A stretch of 64,000 bases of DNA from a virus (lineage: Duplodnaviria > Heunggongvirae > Uroviricota > Caudoviricetes). The position numbers were made by a program, and so were the translations under genes. Of the stretch, positions 46,411 through 58,593 are shown in pieces. Position 1 is the stretch's first letter. The number at the start of each line of letters is the position of its first letter. The notes under the pieces were generated by a model that worked only from the letters and a program-made list of their open reading frames with translations, did no database searches and had not been told where the DNA came from. The stretch is taken from IMG/VR virus record IMGVR_UViG_3300043219_000435. The stretch is one strand, 5' to 3'.

Positions 46411-46588
46411 AAAGAAACATCTAAAAATACCGACACGAAAACCAATGGTTTCAATGTCTTTAAAAGAATTACAACAAACATTTTGTAATGAAGCTTGTTG
46501 TCGAGACGTAGATTGTAATGAATGTATATTTAAGGATCGTCATTTTAAACAATTTGAGAAATGGGTTAAAAAACATGGAATAATATGA
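46400..46588 (+). CDS. Cys-rich small protein
   Basis: CNEACCRDVDCNEC. Confidence 0.35.
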   Translation: MVNRKKHLKIPTRKPMVSMSLKELQQTFCNEACCRDVDCNECIFKDRHFKQFEKWVKKHGII

Positions 46589-46773
46589 GTTTAATAGATG
46601 AAGAACCTGACAATGAATTCGTTCCTGTGTGTTTAGGAGTTGATGGTAGATGGCATCACAAAAAATTGGGATCTGATACTACGTTATGTGGCATAAAAAC
46701 AATTAAAGATTATAAAGTAGACAAACAACAAAATGTATCTGGTCGTCATGGTTGTTATGAATGCTCTTATTAA
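46585..46773 (+). CDS. hypothetical small protein
   Basis: Coupled ORF. Confidence 0.35.
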   Translation: MSLIDEEPDNEFVPVCLGVDGRWHHKKLGSDTTLCGIKTIKDYKVDKQQNVSGRHGCYECSY

Positions 46774-46782
46774 AAGGAAATT

Positions 46783-47315
46783 ATGAATAGTACAAATCTT
46801 ATAGAAGCTGCTAATAAAGCACATGATCGTTTAAAACATAAGAACTATGATAGAGTAAGTTTTACGAATGGATTTTTTGAATGCTTTGCTCATATGCTTA
46901 CAAAATATGAATCATTACAAATAAATGGTAAATTCTATACCCGTGATCAAATAGAATTAGCATTACACAGATTTGATCCACCTCCTGTAAAAGGATTTTG
47001 TGAATACTGCATGATAGTAGTTGAAGGTAGACCAGATCATGATGGAATGGGAACTTATTGTACGACTACTGAATGTGGTAGATTAGCTTCTACTTACAAA
47101 TTCGAAAAATATAAAGATGGTGAAAAGATTAAAAAACAATATGGTCTCGGTGAAGAAAGAACTATTGAAGATCATGTAGATGGATGTGGTTGTAGTGACT
47201 GTATTGGTGATACTGGATGGTGGTGTGAAAAATGTCAACCATACGACAGAGAACAAAACAAAATAATATTTCCAGGTACATATGACAAATGTCATTTTTG
47301 TGAGTCAAAAAGATA

Positions 47316-47316
<1 letters not shown>
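46783..47316 (+). CDS. Cys-rich protein (multiple zinc-ribbon-like motifs)
   Basis: CEYC, CTTTEC, CGCSDC, CEKC, CHFC. Confidence 0.4.
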
Positions 47317-49531
<2,215 letters not shown>

Positions 49532-49538
49532 GGATCTG

Positions 49539-49925
49539 ATGAAAATAATGCCCAACAAATTGACCGATGAAAATGTAGCTGATATAACCGTATCTGAAGT
49601 AGTTAAAATTGATTGTCCCATCTGCACTGATGGGATTGATCCATTCGGTGATAAATGTGATCATTGTAAAGGTTTAGGTAGTTCTATGAGAACTGTAGTT
49701 ATGTCTGCAGACAATATAAAATCTTTATATGATACTTTAGTTGAAAAATTAGGTGAACCAACTAAGCCTATCGCAAACACACCAACTAAGCCTATTGCAG
49801 ACATAGTAACTAAAGAAGCTACTAAAACAACAAAAGTAGCGAAATGTATTGATTGTGGTAAAGAAATCAAAATAGCAATCCGTGCTCGTCGTGAAACTGC
49901 TAAATGTCTAAAATGTAAAAAATAA
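49539..49925 (+). CDS. zinc-ribbon protein with a PTKPIA tandem repeat
   Basis: CPICTDG..CDHCKG at the N-terminus and CIDCG..CLKCKK at the C-terminus. Confidence 0.4.
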   Translation: MKIMPNKLTDENVADITVSEVVKIDCPICTDGIDPFGDKCDHCKGLGSSMRTVVMSADNIKSLYDTLVEKLGEPTKPIANTPTKPIADIVTKEATKTTKVAKCIDCGKEIKIAIRARRETAKCLKCKK

Positions 49926-50206
49926 TTTATAGATCCTTAATAATATGTATTATATTTACTAATACATATTATTAAAAGGTTTATAATGATTAATACATAT
50001 TTTAGAATAATTAAAGAACATCCTATTGCACATATTGTAGCATTCGTAACTGGAATATTTGTTTATAATTATATGTTTTAATGAATAGACGAACTAAACA
50101 CGCTATACAAACTCTTTTATTTTTCATGATTATAAACGCACTCACTTTTTGTGCATGTTACATGATTGCTTATGACCCCAATATATACTAAAGAACCCTT
50201 CGGCTT

Positions 50207-50365
50207 ATGAAACTAAAGTGTTTTAATTGTGGCGAAGAATATGATGGACCAGAACTGGAATATTGTTGTAATGGTAGTGATTGTGGATGTAATGGTCTTC
50301 CAATAGATCCTATTCTATGTGAACCATGCGAACATATATATTTTAACGGAGGTAATTATGAATGA
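50207..50365 (+). CDS. small Cys-rich protein (52 aa, absent from the ORF track)
   Basis: MKLKCFNCGEEY..CCNGSDCGCNG..CEPCEH; its ATG lies within the motif. Confidence 0.3.
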   Translation: MKLKCFNCGEEYDGPELEYCCNGSDCGCNGLPIDPILCEPCEHIYFNGGNYE

Positions 50366-50759
50366 TATTTTGAATATGTTATTTGATGATTTAGAAGATG
50401 ATGAAGTACAATTAGATTCCGATATTCAAGAAGAACCAGAATTAACTGAAGTACAAATTCATTACGACAAATTAGTTAACAAAACTGATAAGAGTTATTT
50501 GTTTGAAATTAATGGTATTGAGCTTTGGCACCCAAAGAAATTAATCACTGGCCTGGACACTGCAGAACAAACTTTTTTCATACCGGAATGGTTATATGAA
50601 AAAAAGAAAGATGAATATAATACAGCTATAATCACAGAGTTCAAGAATATATTCCATGATTTTTTAGATGAAAATGACATTACTATTACTAATCTTAATA
50701 ATAATTTGATGTTCAATGTCGAGGATTTAATGATTCCAATAGAGGACTGTATAAAATGA
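50358..50759 (+). CDS. acidic hypothetical protein
   Basis: Start MNDILNML with RBS GGAGGTAATT (the track starts earlier at 50319). Confidence 0.4.
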   Translation: MNDILNMLFDDLEDDEVQLDSDIQEEPELTEVQIHYDKLVNKTDKSYLFEINGIELWHPKKLITGLDTAEQTFFIPEWLYEKKKDEYNTAIITEFKNIFHDFLDENDITITNLNNNLMFNVEDLMIPIEDCIK

Positions 50760-50965
50760 GTTATATAATATATTATATCTGCACAATAATTTTTTCACTA
50801 TGTTTATTAATGTCATGCCTACATACCATTTTTATTGTTAAGCTCTATGTTCCAGGAACTATTGCTGCAGTAGGGACCATTGTATTATGTTTAATAATAA
50901 TAGATGCCATAAGAGCAACTAAAAGCAGAAATTTAAAATGGAATGAAAAATATAACCAGGACTAA
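50756..50965 (+). CDS. small membrane protein
   Basis: Two TM helices. Confidence 0.35.
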   Translation: MSYIIYYICTIIFSLCLLMSCLHTIFIVKLYVPGTIAAVGTIVLCLIIIDAIRATKSRNLKWNEKYNQD

Positions 50966-50967
50966 AG

Positions 50968-51192
50968 TTATTCAACTTCTTCAGCAATGAAACCTATATG
51001 TGGTTCTTTATCTGAAGGAATAATACCAGGACTGAATTGTTCAGCTTCTATGATAAGAAATATACCTTCAACTTTTCCTTCAAACTTCATTTCTTTACCA
51101 ATATAATCTTTAAAGTCAGGGAAGTGTTCACCGCAGCAAGCTCTTCCTCGACCTGTTATATTAAAAGAATCTTGTACGATAAAGGTTTTCAA
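50968..51192 (-). CDS. hypothetical protein
   Basis: ORF. Confidence 0.35.
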   Translation of the reverse strand: MKTFIVQDSFNITGRGRACCGEHFPDFKDYIGKEMKFEGKVEGIFLIIEAEQFSPGIIPSDKEPHIGFIAEEVE

Positions 51193-51650
51193 AACTCACC
51201 TCTTATTGGATTGATTTCACCTTCAAGAACCTGGATAACCGGCAATTTCATTTCTATCCATTTATTAACAACTTTGTTTCGATCTTCCAGGATAAGTGCT
51301 ATATCTTCCGGTTTAATTCCTGCCTTGACGAGTAATTCAGGCTTTGCGATAGTATCACACCGTCTATCATTTTCTTCCTTCATAAGCAGCTTAAAATCAG
51401 AAATATTGATGTGTTGTTTTAGCCAAACTTTAGTTTCATCATAGATCTCTTTGCTTCTACCAGTACAAAATACAATCTCATAGCTTTTAGAAAGCATCTC
51501 GACTAATTGTATAATTTCTGGAATAGGGGTATCAAGAGTGCATAATTTAAAAAAGGTTCTGTAATCTTTTCTTTTTCTCTCGATAAAATGTACTCGATGT
51601 TGTATATCTGCAACTGTGCCATCAACATCAACGATAACTATATTTCTCAT
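51189..51650 (-). CDS. HAD-superfamily phosphatase (phage Pnkp-phosphatase-like / 5'-nucleotidase-like)
   Basis: Motif I IVIVDVDGTV, motif II FCTGR, conserved Lys, motif IV LEDR; 153 aa. Confidence 0.55.
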   Translation of the reverse strand: MRNIVIVDVDGTVADIQHRVHFIERKRKDYRTFFKLCTLDTPIPEIIQLVEMLSKSYEIVFCTGRSKEIYDETKVWLKQHINISDFKLLMKEENDRRCDTIAKPELLVKAGIKPEDIALILEDRNKVVNKWIEMKLPVIQVLEGEINPIRGEF

Positions 51651-51731
51651 ATATATCCAAGTTAATATTTATTAATGATTATATCATAATAATAAATAAA
51701 AAACAAGGAAAATATATAAAAAGTATTAATC

Positions 51732-52049
51732 CTACTTTCTTTGCATTACATAATCAATAATTAAATTGATTTCTTCAAGTTCATGTGAATTAGCTTTTTT
51801 TACTTTTTCAATTATCATATCCTGTTCTCGATTCAATCCATGATCGGAACCTGTTAACTCTTTTGCATTACATTCAAAAACTTTACATAATTTGAAAATC
51901 ATTGATTTTGTTGCAATTCTCTCACCGGTTTCAAGTTGGGAGATAGCTGCTTGTGATACCCCACTTGATTTTGACAACTGAGTTTGGGTTAATTCTTTAC
52001 AATTTCTTAAAAACTTTAAATTCTCTGAAAATATAGACATCTTATGCAC
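51732..52049 (-). CDS. XRE-family HTH transcriptional regulator
   Basis: LTQTQLSKSSGVSQAAISQLETG. Confidence 0.65.
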   Translation of the reverse strand: MHKMSIFSENLKFLRNCKELTQTQLSKSSGVSQAAISQLETGERIATKSMIFKLCKVFECNAKELTGSDHGLNREQDMIIEKVKKANSHELEEINLIIDYVMQRK

Positions 52050-52221
52050 CTCTCAAATTAATCTTGCAGATATAAAATAAATATAGAAAAAATATGTAAC
52101 ACTTTAAATAAAACATAACAACTTTACATAAAACGACACACTTGCAACTAAAGTAAAAAAGTAGTTCCTTATTATCGTTCTATTTAGATGCCCAGGAACT
52201 ACTTCGAAGTGTCTCATATAA

Positions 52222-52509
52222 CTATTTTATTAGGGATTTTCTCTTCTTTTCTTTGAGATATTTAGATAACTTGTGAATTAAATCTAACACTTCATCGGAT
52301 TTAAGTTCCAATCCTACACAAATCTTTGTAAAAACTTCCATTGAAGGCAAATGTATTCCATTCATGAGACGATTTAATGTTGTAGTATTCAATTTTGTTC
52401 TAGCTATCATATCACCAACCGAGCCATGCTTTTTATAATTTTCAATCAATAAATGCTGAACAGGATTGTTATCGAATGCAGGTAAATGCTTTTTAAATGC
52501 AGACTCCAT
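52222..52509 (-). CDS. HTH (XRE-like) DNA-binding protein
   Basis: Internal start MESAF with a 1-nt overlap with the upstream stop; TTTLNRLMNGIHLPSMEVFTKIC. Confidence 0.45.
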   Translation of the reverse strand: MESAFKKHLPAFDNNPVQHLLIENYKKHGSVGDMIARTKLNTTTLNRLMNGIHLPSMEVFTKICVGLELKSDEVLDLIHKLSKYLKEKKRKSLIK

Positions 52510-52787
52510 TAACTTGCACCTACTATATGTGTTAGCATAGATGCAAAATGAGGCACTTCTGAGCAAATAACTGTTTGTGTCATAGGTGTTATAGCACAAG
52601 CAGATAATGACGTTGAATGGGTTTCCTCGTCCTTAACTGAAGACAATTGAAAATCTTCACAAGATTCACAAGCCTCAGATCCTACTATAATTAATTTACC
52701 CTTACATTTTTTTTTATATGGGCATTTTTTTTCTTTTCCATTTTCATCAAGTGAAGAAATTTCTTGAGTGTAAATTTTATTTGCCAT
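52509..52787 (-). CDS. Cys-rich small protein
   Basis: CPYKKKC..CESCEDF. Confidence 0.35.
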   Translation of the reverse strand: MANKIYTQEISSLDENGKEKKCPYKKKCKGKLIIVGSEACESCEDFQLSSVKDEETHSTSLSACAITPMTQTVICSEVPHFASMLTHIVGAS

Positions 52788-52977
52788 TATTATCCTTTAA
52801 TTGTAAACTTTAGTTTACGGTGTTGCTTTAATTATTTGAAATATAACATAATATAACAAATTGGTCTGTAATTTTAATTATTTGGGAATTATATGCTGTT
52901 ATTGTAAAATAATGTACACATAAAGTTAAAAGTTATTTAAATTACCATAAAGCTATTACTTATTTGCTTGGAGGCAT

Positions 52978-53382
52978 ATGATTAACAAACAAGAATTAAC
53001 TACTTTGGTTGCATCTGATTTATTACATCCAGAAATGTCTGTACGTAAGCATCCTGAGTTGCTGTTTAACTTTTATTATAATCTCCATGAGATGTCTGAA
53101 ATTTATATAGATATTAATCGTCAAAAATCGTATTTTGTTAATATTCATACTAAGTTTTTATCTGAAAGTATCCAGTTCCTCAATGATTACAAAAAACTAA
53201 ATGAATCTTCTTATAACGTCGAATTCTGTCAATCATATGTTACTTATCATTATCCTTTCCATACTAATGATGAGTTTTGTTATTATCTCGATATTCTGGT
53301 AAAAGAAAGCGAAGATGATATAAAGTTATGGAAACGATCAGATGGTATCATGACAGATATCTTCGACATATTCAAAAAATAA
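52978..53382 (+). CDS. hypothetical protein (N-terminus QELTTLVASD resembles the family N-terminus)
   Basis: ORF; no GWEV C-terminus. Confidence 0.4.
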   Translation: MINKQELTTLVASDLLHPEMSVRKHPELLFNFYYNLHEMSEIYIDINRQKSYFVNIHTKFLSESIQFLNDYKKLNESSYNVEFCQSYVTYHYPFHTNDEFCYYLDILVKESEDDIKLWKRSDGIMTDIFDIFKK

Positions 53383-53406
53383 GAGGCTTACGCCTCTTTA
53401 TTTTTA
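53374..53406. terminator. bidirectional rho-independent terminator
   Basis: A7, then GAGGCTTACGCCTC hairpin, then T8. Confidence 0.6.
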
Positions 53407-53615
53407 TAATTATTACACCATTTTATTTTCCAAGTTGGATCGAAGTTGATAGGATAGAAAAACCATCCATTTTGTATACCATATCCTTCACCTTTCATAT
53501 TTGGATCTGGAACAGCACATGATGAGTGACAATCACCTGGACAGGTGCGTCTATGTTCACAACTATAGCATTCATTCTGTATGGTTCTTGCATCACCTGC
53601 CATAATATTCCTCAA
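53388..53615 (-). CDS. Cys-rich small protein
   Basis: CYSCEHRRTCPGDCHSSC. Confidence 0.35.
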   Translation of the reverse strand: MRNIMAGDARTIQNECYSCEHRRTCPGDCHSSCAVPDPNMKGEGYGIQNGWFFYPINFDPTWKIKWCNNYKNKEA

Positions 53616-54528
53616 TCATATCAATCATTATTTTTTCAATATTATCTCTATCGGGTTCTTCTGGAAAATCTGATTTTTCATAAAGAACTTCAATATCAGC
53701 TTGAAGATCATTTGCCAACTGAAGTAAATCCTCATATTTCCATTTTCCAAATCTAATATCTTTCAATTGATCAGCATCAATTCCAGTACGATCAACAATA
53801 ACTTCACCGGTTTCAAATATTTCTTTAGATTGCTTTAGCAGCCTGATAACATGCATTGCATGTTTAGTATCATAACCTACTTTTAATTCCTGTTTAAGAC
53901 GGTCTACATTACGATTTTTCATGTGAGAGACATAATCATTGTATTCTTGTAATTGCTTCTGATAAAGCTTCTCTGCCTTTACTTGATCATGTATACCAGG
54001 ATTTAAATATTTTTCTGGAATTGATAATATTGCTTTTCCGTGAATTTCAAATTCATCTTTACGTACAGGCTTTACAACGTTCTTATCGAGCCAAGACTTG
54101 TGTCTCTTCAATCGATGCAATTGAGCTTGAGCATAACAAGTATAAGTATTTTTGATTCTTTTTGATATGAATTGATATCGGTTGTCATAGATTTCCATCC
54201 AGATAGAATCACAATAAGTCCAAAATTCAGGAGGTGCAAATAATATATCCAACATATTAGGATTGTTATTAAGCATTAACTTTAAAGCTTTTTGTAATGA
54301 ATAAATTACGTTGTCAGTATCTCGATCTTCGAATTGTTGATAGTCTTTGAACCCCAGGATATATTCTTTGGGAGGTATTGCAATACCTTTATAATCATGA
54401 TCTGATTCGTCACAAAAAGTACCGTATAATCGTGATCCAGTAAGTGTTTTGAAAATACAATTATTAGTTGCTATTTTCTTTTCGTTATCATAGTTTATTA
54501 CATCTTGTTCTGTTTTTAATTCTTTCAT
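53593..54528 (-). CDS. Pol-beta-superfamily nucleotidyltransferase
   Basis: N-terminal LTGSRLYGTFCDESDHDYKGI (hG[GS]..G....D.D minimal NTase motif) plus a helical C-terminal domain. Confidence 0.5.
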   Translation of the reverse strand: MKELKTEQDVINYDNEKKIATNNCIFKTLTGSRLYGTFCDESDHDYKGIAIPPKEYILGFKDYQQFEDRDTDNVIYSLQKALKLMLNNNPNMLDILFAPPEFWTYCDSIWMEIYDNRYQFISKRIKNTYTCYAQAQLHRLKRHKSWLDKNVVKPVRKDEFEIHGKAILSIPEKYLNPGIHDQVKAEKLYQKQLQEYNDYVSHMKNRNVDRLKQELKVGYDTKHAMHVIRLLKQSKEIFETGEVIVDRTGIDADQLKDIRFGKWKYEDLLQLANDLQADIEVLYEKSDFPEEPDRDNIEKIMIDMIEEYYGR

Positions 54529-55070
54529 TTTATACAGTTATCCTTTCTAAAATCTAATATGCATTTGAATTCTCTATCATCAAATAAAAGATTCCATTCT
54601 TCTTTAACATCAATCCACATGTTTAAATAATCACACTGATTTTTAGGTGGCATATATTTACAAGGATCTCTGGCACCCTTTTTTCTATTCTCTGATGCTT
54701 TAACCGCAATCAAATGATTAGGATTTTTTAAATAGTTAGAATATTTTTGTTTCTTTTTTTTATTCCATTCATAAGCACCCGATACATATGCTTCTTTTAA
54801 TGGGACCAAATGGTCAATGTCAAGTTCAGAAGCGTTGTATATAGTATCCCCAGAATAGAAACAAATCCATAAGCCTGTAACAACTTTTCTTCCATCTTCA
54901 GACATGGTAACTTTAGTTGATAAATTTTCTTCTAGCAAAACTTCGTGTCTGGTATTGATTTTATCTTTGTCCATATCTTTCCAACCACCGAATTCTCCAC
55001 GGTTATAACCGTTGCTGAATGCTATTTGGAATAATAATAGTAATGGTATTATATATTTAATATTTTTCAT
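54525..55070 (-). CDS. secreted HNH-type (DUF1524-like) nuclease
   Basis: Signal peptide; DIDHLVPLKEAYVSGAYEWN...NHLIAVKASENRKKG HNH-like core. Confidence 0.45.
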   Translation of the reverse strand: MKNIKYIIPLLLLFQIAFSNGYNRGEFGGWKDMDKDKINTRHEVLLEENLSTKVTMSEDGRKVVTGLWICFYSGDTIYNASELDIDHLVPLKEAYVSGAYEWNKKKKQKYSNYLKNPNHLIAVKASENRKKGARDPCKYMPPKNQCDYLNMWIDVKEEWNLLFDDREFKCILDFRKDNCIK

Positions 55071-55081
55071 ATATTTACTTC

Positions 55082-55612
55082 TTATTTACAATGTATTCTT
55101 TTTAGTTTTTTTATTTTCTTTTTTTCATAACGATCCATACTTAAACCCCACCAACTTTTAATTGATGTCCATTCGTTTAAGTATCCACATTTATTAATTT
55201 CGGGAAGCCATAATGTAGGCTCTCTACTCTTTCTTTCATATGCTAATTTTTTTTTAATAACAATTAAATGTTTTTCATAGTCAAGATAATTTGAAAATTT
55301 ATTTTTCTTTTTAGTATTCCATCTATTACCACCAGATCTCCAAGCTTCTCTTGTAGAAACTAAAGTGATAACTGAAATATTTTTCGGTTCGGTTATAGTA
55401 TCACCACTAAAAAAACATATCCATTTACCGGCTAATATATGTTTATAATCAGTTGATAATGTAATAGGTTCGATACTTCGGTCTATTAAAACTACATCTC
55501 GTATAGTACGTCCATAAGTAGATTCATAAAACATTTTCCATTCATATGATTTGTATGGTATAAGAGAGAATGTGTTGCTGATAAGTATGATAATTAAAAA
55601 GATATATTTCAT
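55082..55612 (-). CDS. secreted paralog of 54525..55070 with a degenerate HNH core
   Basis: Same architecture (GKWICFFSGDTI..), but the catalytic His positions are replaced (VITLVSTREAW). Confidence 0.4.
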   Translation of the reverse strand: MKYIFLIIILISNTFSLIPYKSYEWKMFYESTYGRTIRDVVLIDRSIEPITLSTDYKHILAGKWICFFSGDTITEPKNISVITLVSTREAWRSGGNRWNTKKKNKFSNYLDYEKHLIVIKKKLAYERKSREPTLWLPEINKCGYLNEWTSIKSWWGLSMDRYEKKKIKKLKRIHCK

Positions 55613-55690
55613 TTTTGTCCTGAATAGACAGTCCTGCAGCGATTAGGGTGGGGACGTGGGTGTTAATCGTTATCTGCAGGACTTTTGGGA

Positions 55691-56101
55691 TTATGAGTTA
55701 GTTAAATTTGCTACTTCTTCTTTTACTTTAGTTACTTCGAGAGCATCGAATTTTTCAAGAAAAGTATTTATTTCATGTAATTTTTTAATTGTATTAAGAG
55801 CAAGTTCTTTATAATAAAACTTGGATTTCTTTTTTGATTTAAAATCTTTAATCAGTGCCTCAAGCATTTCAGGTTGTTGTTTGAATTGTTCAATTGGAAC
55901 GATTGCTTCAATACCTTCGTCTGTCTTAACATGGCCATTAAATGTAGGGTCGTCGAGTAAATCTTTGGTTTTTTCTAAAATTGTCATTTGAGTTGATAAA
56001 TGTCTCTGCTCCATATCTTTATCGTCACAAAATTCTTCGATCGATTTTTCTAGTAATCGAAGTTCGGAGCCATCAAAAATTAATTTGTTTTTCATATTCA
56101 T
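55691..56101 (-). CDS. hypothetical protein
   Basis: ORF. Confidence 0.4.
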   Translation of the reverse strand: MNMKNKLIFDGSELRLLEKSIEEFCDDKDMEQRHLSTQMTILEKTKDLLDDPTFNGHVKTDEGIEAIVPIEQFKQQPEMLEALIKDFKSKKKSKFYYKELALNTIKKLHEINTFLEKFDALEVTKVKEEVANLTNS

Positions 56102-56165
56102 AATACATTCCTTTCGTTTTGGTAGTTATAATATAACATAAAAATTAATAATTGTACTTATTTTT

Positions 56166-56384
56166 TTATGTTTTTTTAAATAAAAACTCAAGTACTCTAG
56201 ACTTATTAATATCAACTTCAGTATTTTGGCCTTTAGGAGCTGAATCTATTACATATTTAACGTATTCTGCTGATGATGAAGTGCTTCCAAATAATTTAGT
56301 ACAGGCATTTAAATACATCCCCAATGTGTGTTTATTTTGATTTTTTAATTTCCCCATTGCCACTAAATCTTTTTTTTCTCTCAT
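56166..56384 (-). CDS. hypothetical protein
   Basis: ORF. Confidence 0.35.
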   Translation of the reverse strand: MREKKDLVAMGKLKNQNKHTLGMYLNACTKLFGSTSSSAEYVKYVIDSAPKGQNTEVDINKSRVLEFLFKKT

Positions 56385-56619
56385 CTTTTTTCTTACCAGT
56401 ATTTAAATTAATGTATTTTATCTTCTTTATTTTCTTAATTAAAGCCAATCTAGATTTCAATTTATAAACTAAAGTTTTTTCATACATTCGAGTTATTATT
56501 TTTAATTCTTTTAACAAATCATTCTTTTCTTTATCTTTTAATTCGTCATCTTTACACCATCTATCATAAAGATCGTTAATAATAACCCATTTCGTTCTAT
56601 CGGATATATAATCAAGCAT
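56332..56619 (-). CDS. basic hypothetical protein
   Basis: K-rich ORF. Confidence 0.35.
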   Translation of the reverse strand: MLDYISDRTKWVIINDLYDRWCKDDELKDKEKNDLLKELKIITRMYEKTLVYKLKSRLALIKKIKKIKYINLNTGKKKDERKKRFSGNGEIKKSK

Positions 56620-56878
56620 CGATATTTAAAACCCTTTCAGGATCTGTATTATTTCTAATACAGTCTATATGTTTTTCTAATTGATAAAGACTGTCCGATT
56701 TTAATAATGTATTTAAATAATCTACAAGAGATTCATTGGTCATACCACCCCAGGACGTAGATAATTCCATTGTAACAATATCATTCTTGTTTACAATTCG
56801 TAACCACCATCCCAAAGTATTACTAAAGCCAAATATCAGCTTATTATCGTTTTTAGTATGACCTTGAAATACAGACAT
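56612..56878 (-). CDS. hypothetical protein
   Basis: ORF. Confidence 0.35.
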   Translation of the reverse strand: MSVFQGHTKNDNKLIFGFSNTLGWWLRIVNKNDIVTMELSTSWGGMTNESLVDYLNTLLKSDSLYQLEKHIDCIRNNTDPERVLNIDA

Positions 56879-57924
56879 TAATTAGTAATACCTAATATGA
56901 ATTCACCTACTGTATTGGCCCACGCAACTCCAATACCTCTTGATAAAGTATAGAAAGCATATACAGCATAACAAGTAAGAAGGAAGGCTGCAGTCTTATA
57001 ACCTAATTTTTTTAACGAAAGGAAAATGAATAATAAGACTACAGTCAATCCTAAGAGCAATATTCGTAGTTCAGCAACACCAGCATCTATTGTTATGGTT
57101 GGTTCTTTTATTAAAGTAAATGCTAATAATGGGACTCCAAGACAAATACATATATCAAATATATTTGATCCTACAGCATTACTTACAGCATCATCATAAT
57201 TACCTTTTTTAGCATCTTTCATACTGATAATTGTATCGGGGACTGAAGTGGCTGCAGCAGCAATAATAACGGCTATAAAGAACGTAGGTATCTCTAAAAT
57301 CTTTGCAATTTCAACTACTGAGAAGGACATGATAAAACAACCTATACCAATTGATACAATTGCTCCAAGTAATAATAACCATGCTTTTTTGGTAGTCATT
57401 CCATTAAAGTCTTCTTCATCATCATCTTCAGAACGCACTTTAGTTGAAATTTTATTATGGATGTATAGAGTTAAAGCATAAAGGATATAAATTCCTATTA
57501 AAACAGCACCCATCCACCATTCTAATTTACCATCTGTTAATATTAATATTAAAGCCAATTCAGCAAGAATAAAGAAAAAACCATCTCTTATAATAACAAC
57601 TTTATTTATTGAAATGTTTTTGAGATTTGGTATAAATTTTAAAGCTGATACAATTACTAAACCAGGAATAATAAATGCATTAAATACACTAGATCCGGCA
57701 GTAGTTCCAATTGCTGCTGCAAATTCCTTTTCACCAAAAATAAACAAGAAGATAATAGTTGTCCATAATTCGGGCATAGAGCTGCCTATAGCGTTTATTG
57801 TGGCACCTTTAATGCCTGGGCCGAGATTTCTTCCAAGATAGCTTGAAGCGTCCTCAAACGGGTCACATGACTTCATTATCCATAAACAACCTACAATTAC
57901 TAATGCTAACCATAAAAATATCAT
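56878..57924 (-). CDS. Ca2+/cation antiporter (CaCA family, YrbG/NCKX-like)
   Basis: 10-TM-like hydropathy with two alpha-repeat signatures, GSSMPEL and GSNIFDI. Confidence 0.65.
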   Translation of the reverse strand: MIFLWLALVIVGCLWIMKSCDPFEDASSYLGRNLGPGIKGATINAIGSSMPELWTTIIFLFIFGEKEFAAAIGTTAGSSVFNAFIIPGLVIVSALKFIPNLKNISINKVVIIRDGFFFILAELALILILTDGKLEWWMGAVLIGIYILYALTLYIHNKISTKVRSEDDDEEDFNGMTTKKAWLLLLGAIVSIGIGCFIMSFSVVEIAKILEIPTFFIAVIIAAAATSVPDTIISMKDAKKGNYDDAVSNAVGSNIFDICICLGVPLLAFTLIKEPTITIDAGVAELRILLLGLTVVLLFIFLSLKKLGYKTAAFLLTCYAVYAFYTLSRGIGVAWANTVGEFILGITN

Positions 57925-57933
57925 TATATCTCC

Positions 57934-58542
57934 TTATTTTATAATTTTCATATTAAAATCATCTTCATTTTCATCATAAGTGATTACACATGGTGATTTT
58001 GGTTTAACTTGCCATTCATCAAGTGTTTTATAATTTGAGTTTCCATCATAAATAGTAACTTCATGATCATCATTAAATGATGGCAATTTTCTTAATTTTT
58101 TAACAAGATCAAAAATATAAATGGCATATGCTTCATAAGCATGAATACTTTCATCGAGATCATGTGTAGAATAAAACTCTTCCATAAAATTAGAGCAATA
58201 TATTTCCCATTCAAATGCAGAACCCATACGAACATTCCAACCAGATAATTTAGCTTCATTACAAATATGAAGAAATGCTTTAAATTGTGCTTGGATAGTA
58301 GGCATTTGAAATATAACATAACATTTTTTCAAAGAATGCGATTTAGGTTCTTCTTCACCATCATATGAAAAACCACAACAAGAAAATTTTGTAGGGATAC
58401 CTATTCGGTGCATCTCATATATAAGAGGTTTCATAGGTCTGTCAATCGAATTCCAAACAGATTTTTCATTACTATCAGCATTTAAAGATTTTAATCTTTT
58501 GCTATAGTTTAAATAATTGGAATCTTCCACTATATTTGTCAT
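57934..58542 (-). CDS. hypothetical protein
   Basis: ORF of 202 aa. Confidence 0.4.
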   Translation of the reverse strand: MTNIVEDSNYLNYSKRLKSLNADSNEKSVWNSIDRPMKPLIYEMHRIGIPTKFSCCGFSYDGEEEPKSHSLKKCYVIFQMPTIQAQFKAFLHICNEAKLSGWNVRMGSAFEWEIYCSNFMEEFYSTHDLDESIHAYEAYAIYIFDLVKKLRKLPSFNDDHEVTIYDGNSNYKTLDEWQVKPKSPCVITYDENEDDFNMKIIK

Positions 58543-58593
58543 ATATTTCCTTTAAATTAGGTATGGGGAAAGGCCATCCCCCACACCTAAATA

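Noticed and set aside
49735-49810. 24-bp tandem duplication (CCAACTAAGCCTATCGCAAACACA, twice)
   Set aside because: It is in frame within 49539..49925 and gives the PTKPIA peptide repeat. It is probably replication slippage, not a separate element.
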